Assembly (NCBI GenBank): GCA_964016885.1
Contig: OZ024742.1
Coordinates: 315,518,001 to 315,582,000 of the forward strand
Source of the DNA: Eledone cirrhosa
Taxonomy: Eukaryota
DNA: 64,000 nt
Reading direction: 5' to 3'
This document shows positions 62,477 through 64,000 of this stretch, one piece after another; the first letter of the stretch is position 1, and every line of letters begins with the position of its first letter. The translations under genes were made by a program, and so were the position numbers. The notes below the pieces were generated by a model, which had not been told where the DNA came from, ran no database searches, and saw nothing but the letters and a program-made list of their open reading frames with translations.

Positions 62477-64000
62477 TGTATATATAGAAAGCTGAAGTTT
62501 TCTGTGTGTGTGGACAATTTTTAATGAGGGCTCCTATATTCTAAACCATTCATGCGATTTCTTTGAAATTTTTTACAGAGCTACTCCTTGCACAAAACCT
62601 GTACATGATCTACAAAGGCTTTCAAAAATCGATATTGGGGCCTTTGGAGACATTAAAAAAATTTTGGTTATTTGTGTCAATTTTCGTGATTTAGTAAGAC
62701 AAGAGTTATCTTTCGTCGATAAAATAGGAACTCATTTTTGATGTTGTCAAAAATTTTGTTTTGGGATTTTGATTATTACAATTCGGCTCATTCGGATTTT
62801 GTTTTACTCTTTGTACTTGAAACAAAAGGTTCGCTTCCTTGAGACTAACAATATCATTTTGTATATTTCATAACCAGCAATTTCTAACAGATTACTAAGT
62901 TAAGTTATAGATTTGACATTGTATAATTTATCATTTCAAGCATGGTGTTCATACATTAAGTGATGTCATAACTTTTACAATATTATGCTTAAATTTATCT
63001 AAAAGATGGTTTATACATCAAAGACTTAAAATTATTCTATTTTTTCGCATTGATTAGACTACGTTTCTGACACATAATTTAGTTATTAACTTACATATCC
63101 TGTACATTACATGTACTTCAAATACATTTTACAATTAATCTTTATTTTTACATTCGATTGTGTTATATCATGTCTACTTTACAAATTTCGTTTTGATGCC
63201 TCGTGGAAAAAAAAGATTGTCGACCGGTGTGGTTAAGGAAAAGCAGCGTCGAGCTAATGAAACTGAGGAGCAGAGGACAACTAGGTTATCCACATTAGCT
63301 GCCTACAACGCACGACTCAATACTTCGCATTCATCACATTGATACTCAGTAGAAAAACTTGCAGCCCGTATGGCAAAAAGTGCACAAAACACTGCTGCTT
63401 CACGATCAAATGAGTCTACAGAGGAACGTGCTATTCGGTTAGCGCTGACTGCTGCCTCAAGAGCTGCGGAGACACCTGAACAGCATGCAACTCGAACAAA
63501 ACGCAATGGTACCGCGACTGCTGCGTCAAGAGCTGCGGAGACACCTCAACAACGCATACATCACCAGGCTTCCGATTGTGCTTATCGGACAGCTGCAATA
63601 GCTTCTGAAACATTGGTTGAAAGAACTACTCGACTACAAACGATTGCACATCATAACGCTATTCTGCTTGGTGCATCAAAGCCTACGAGGAATAGATGGG
63701 TTTTTAAAGCCTTTGATTATGACCTCTCTGAAAATTATGCTGACCACAAAGATGTTGCCATTGGTCGTATGTCCAAAATCTGTCTACACTGTAAAGCACT
63801 AACTTGGCCGGGAGAGCCTGTTGGTCTATGCTGCTCAAATGGAAAGGTTTGTCTGCCCAACAGCCCTGAAACTCCACAGCCTTTAAAGTCCCTTCTGCTT
63901 GGTGAGCATCCATATTCTCAAGATTTCATGAACCGAATATGGGCATACAATTCTGCATTTCAAATGATAAGTTTTGGTCATAAGCCCATATCTTATAGAA
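62477..64000 (+). mobile_element. 5' part of a degenerate Helitron (Rep-helicase N-terminus), running off the window
   Basis: From 63196 MPRGKKR...RANETEEQRTTRL with RAAETPEQ-type repeats, then across stops/frameshift AFDYD...VAIGRMSKICLHCKALTWPGEPVGLCCSNGKVCLP...PQPLKSLLLG...AYNSAFQMISFG, the Helitron zinc-finger and Rep-proximal signature. The left boundary is approximate. Confidence 0.88.

Overview
AT-rich, microsatellite-dense animal genomic DNA. The SINE types and repeat style suggest a coleoid cephalopod such as octopus (inference, not verified). I found no recognisable host protein-coding gene; most ORFs in the track are translations of microsatellites or antisense shadows of transposon ORFs. 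The window is a mosaic of mobile elements: two long 5'-truncated RTE-clade LINEs (17.0-19.2 kb, 24.8-27.4 kb) whose reverse transcriptase carries an inserted C4HC3 PHD-type zinc finger, many older RTE fragments, two tRNA-related SINE groups (one borrowing the RTE 3' tail), an internally deleted mariner, a DD37D/maT element, a Merlin transposase relic beside two Merlin-type foldback elements with 8-bp TSDs, piggyBac-, hAT- and Tc1/mariner-type MITEs, CRE-like RLE retroposon fragments, the 5' part of a Helitron at the right edge, about ten hammerhead-ribozyme-like motifs and several tandem arrays. The most notable observations are the PHD finger inside the RT, the dispersed hammerhead motifs, the local Merlin set, a head-to-head SINE pair sharing one target site, and an apparent CpG-retaining domain at about 43-57 kb.
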